A stretch of 64,000 nt of DNA. Origin: Eledone cirrhosa (Eukaryota). The notes beneath the pieces are model-generated. The model saw nothing but the letters and a program-made list of their open reading frames with translations. It was not told where the DNA came from and ran no database searches. Shown one piece after another: positions 63,481-64,000 of the stretch. Where the stretch lies: positions 305,536,001 to 305,600,000 of the forward strand of contig OZ024743.1 in assembly GCA_964016885.1 (NCBI GenBank), in the 5' to 3' direction. Numbering within the stretch: the first letter of the stretch is position 1; every line of letters starts with the position of its first letter. The translations under genes were made by a program, and so were the position numbers.

Positions 63481-64000
63481 TGTTTGTGTGTGACTTCGGG
63501 ACTAGAGGTGTTTCATTATTATTGGCAGTATCAGTAGAGCGTCGGACGCCATGCTTTCCAGCATAGTTACGTCCCTTTACGATCTGATTTCAAATCCCGC
63601 CGAGGTTGACTTTGCCTTTCATCCTTACGGGGTCGATAAAATAAAGTACCAGTAATGCACTGGGTTATTGCTGGCTTTGTGCCTAAAGTAGAAACAATTA
63701 TTATAAAATAATCAGAAATTTGCATCGTGATGATTTCATAAGAATGAAAGAGTTCTAGTCCTGTAGACGTTATATATAATAAAGCTACCTATACTTTACG
63801 AATGTATTGAGTAACATTTTTAACTGTAGTTACCCCCCGATACAACTCGTTAATCTTTCTCCCTCTCTCTCACTCTCTCTCCCTCTCCCTCTCTCCCTCT
63901 CTATATATATATAACGGAGGAAATGTGGTAAGGAACCAGGTGGACCATAACGCACCAAAGTACTCAATACTTAGGGTAGTAGAGTCGGTAATAGGAACGA

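Overview
AT-rich, microsatellite-laden animal genomic DNA. It is most likely an octopus or other cephalopod, an inference from the dispersed SINE families and (TA)n load that was not database-checked. Nearly all the ORF-track entries are microsatellite or antisense artefacts. Contents: (1) a ~10.4 kb array of ~2.1 kb units, each carrying a full-length tRNA-Ser(GCT)-derived pseudogene, a divergent tRNA-like Pol III element and a hairpin derived from a Penelope element; (2) a decayed Ty3/Gypsy element; (3) the catalytic last exon (GDSGGP) of a host trypsin-like serine protease on the minus strand; (4) many Penelope-like element (PLE) copies of Neptune-like and Naiad-like types, with GIY-YIG endonuclease and RT; (5) a near full-length RTE-type LINE plus a twin-primed inverted copy; (6) an L1/Tx1 3' end; (7) a decayed autonomous Helitron in tandem with a complete non-autonomous Helitron; (8) SINEs. 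The most striking signals are RNA-level. There are more than 10 minimal type I hammerhead ribozyme (HHR) folds. A non-coding 595-bp tandem unit, present at two loci, has an HHR with a compensatory U3-A8 core and is a candidate retrozyme / circular-RNA system. Several palindromes have their axis inside what looks like an extended hammerhead stem II. All folds were assigned by eye.
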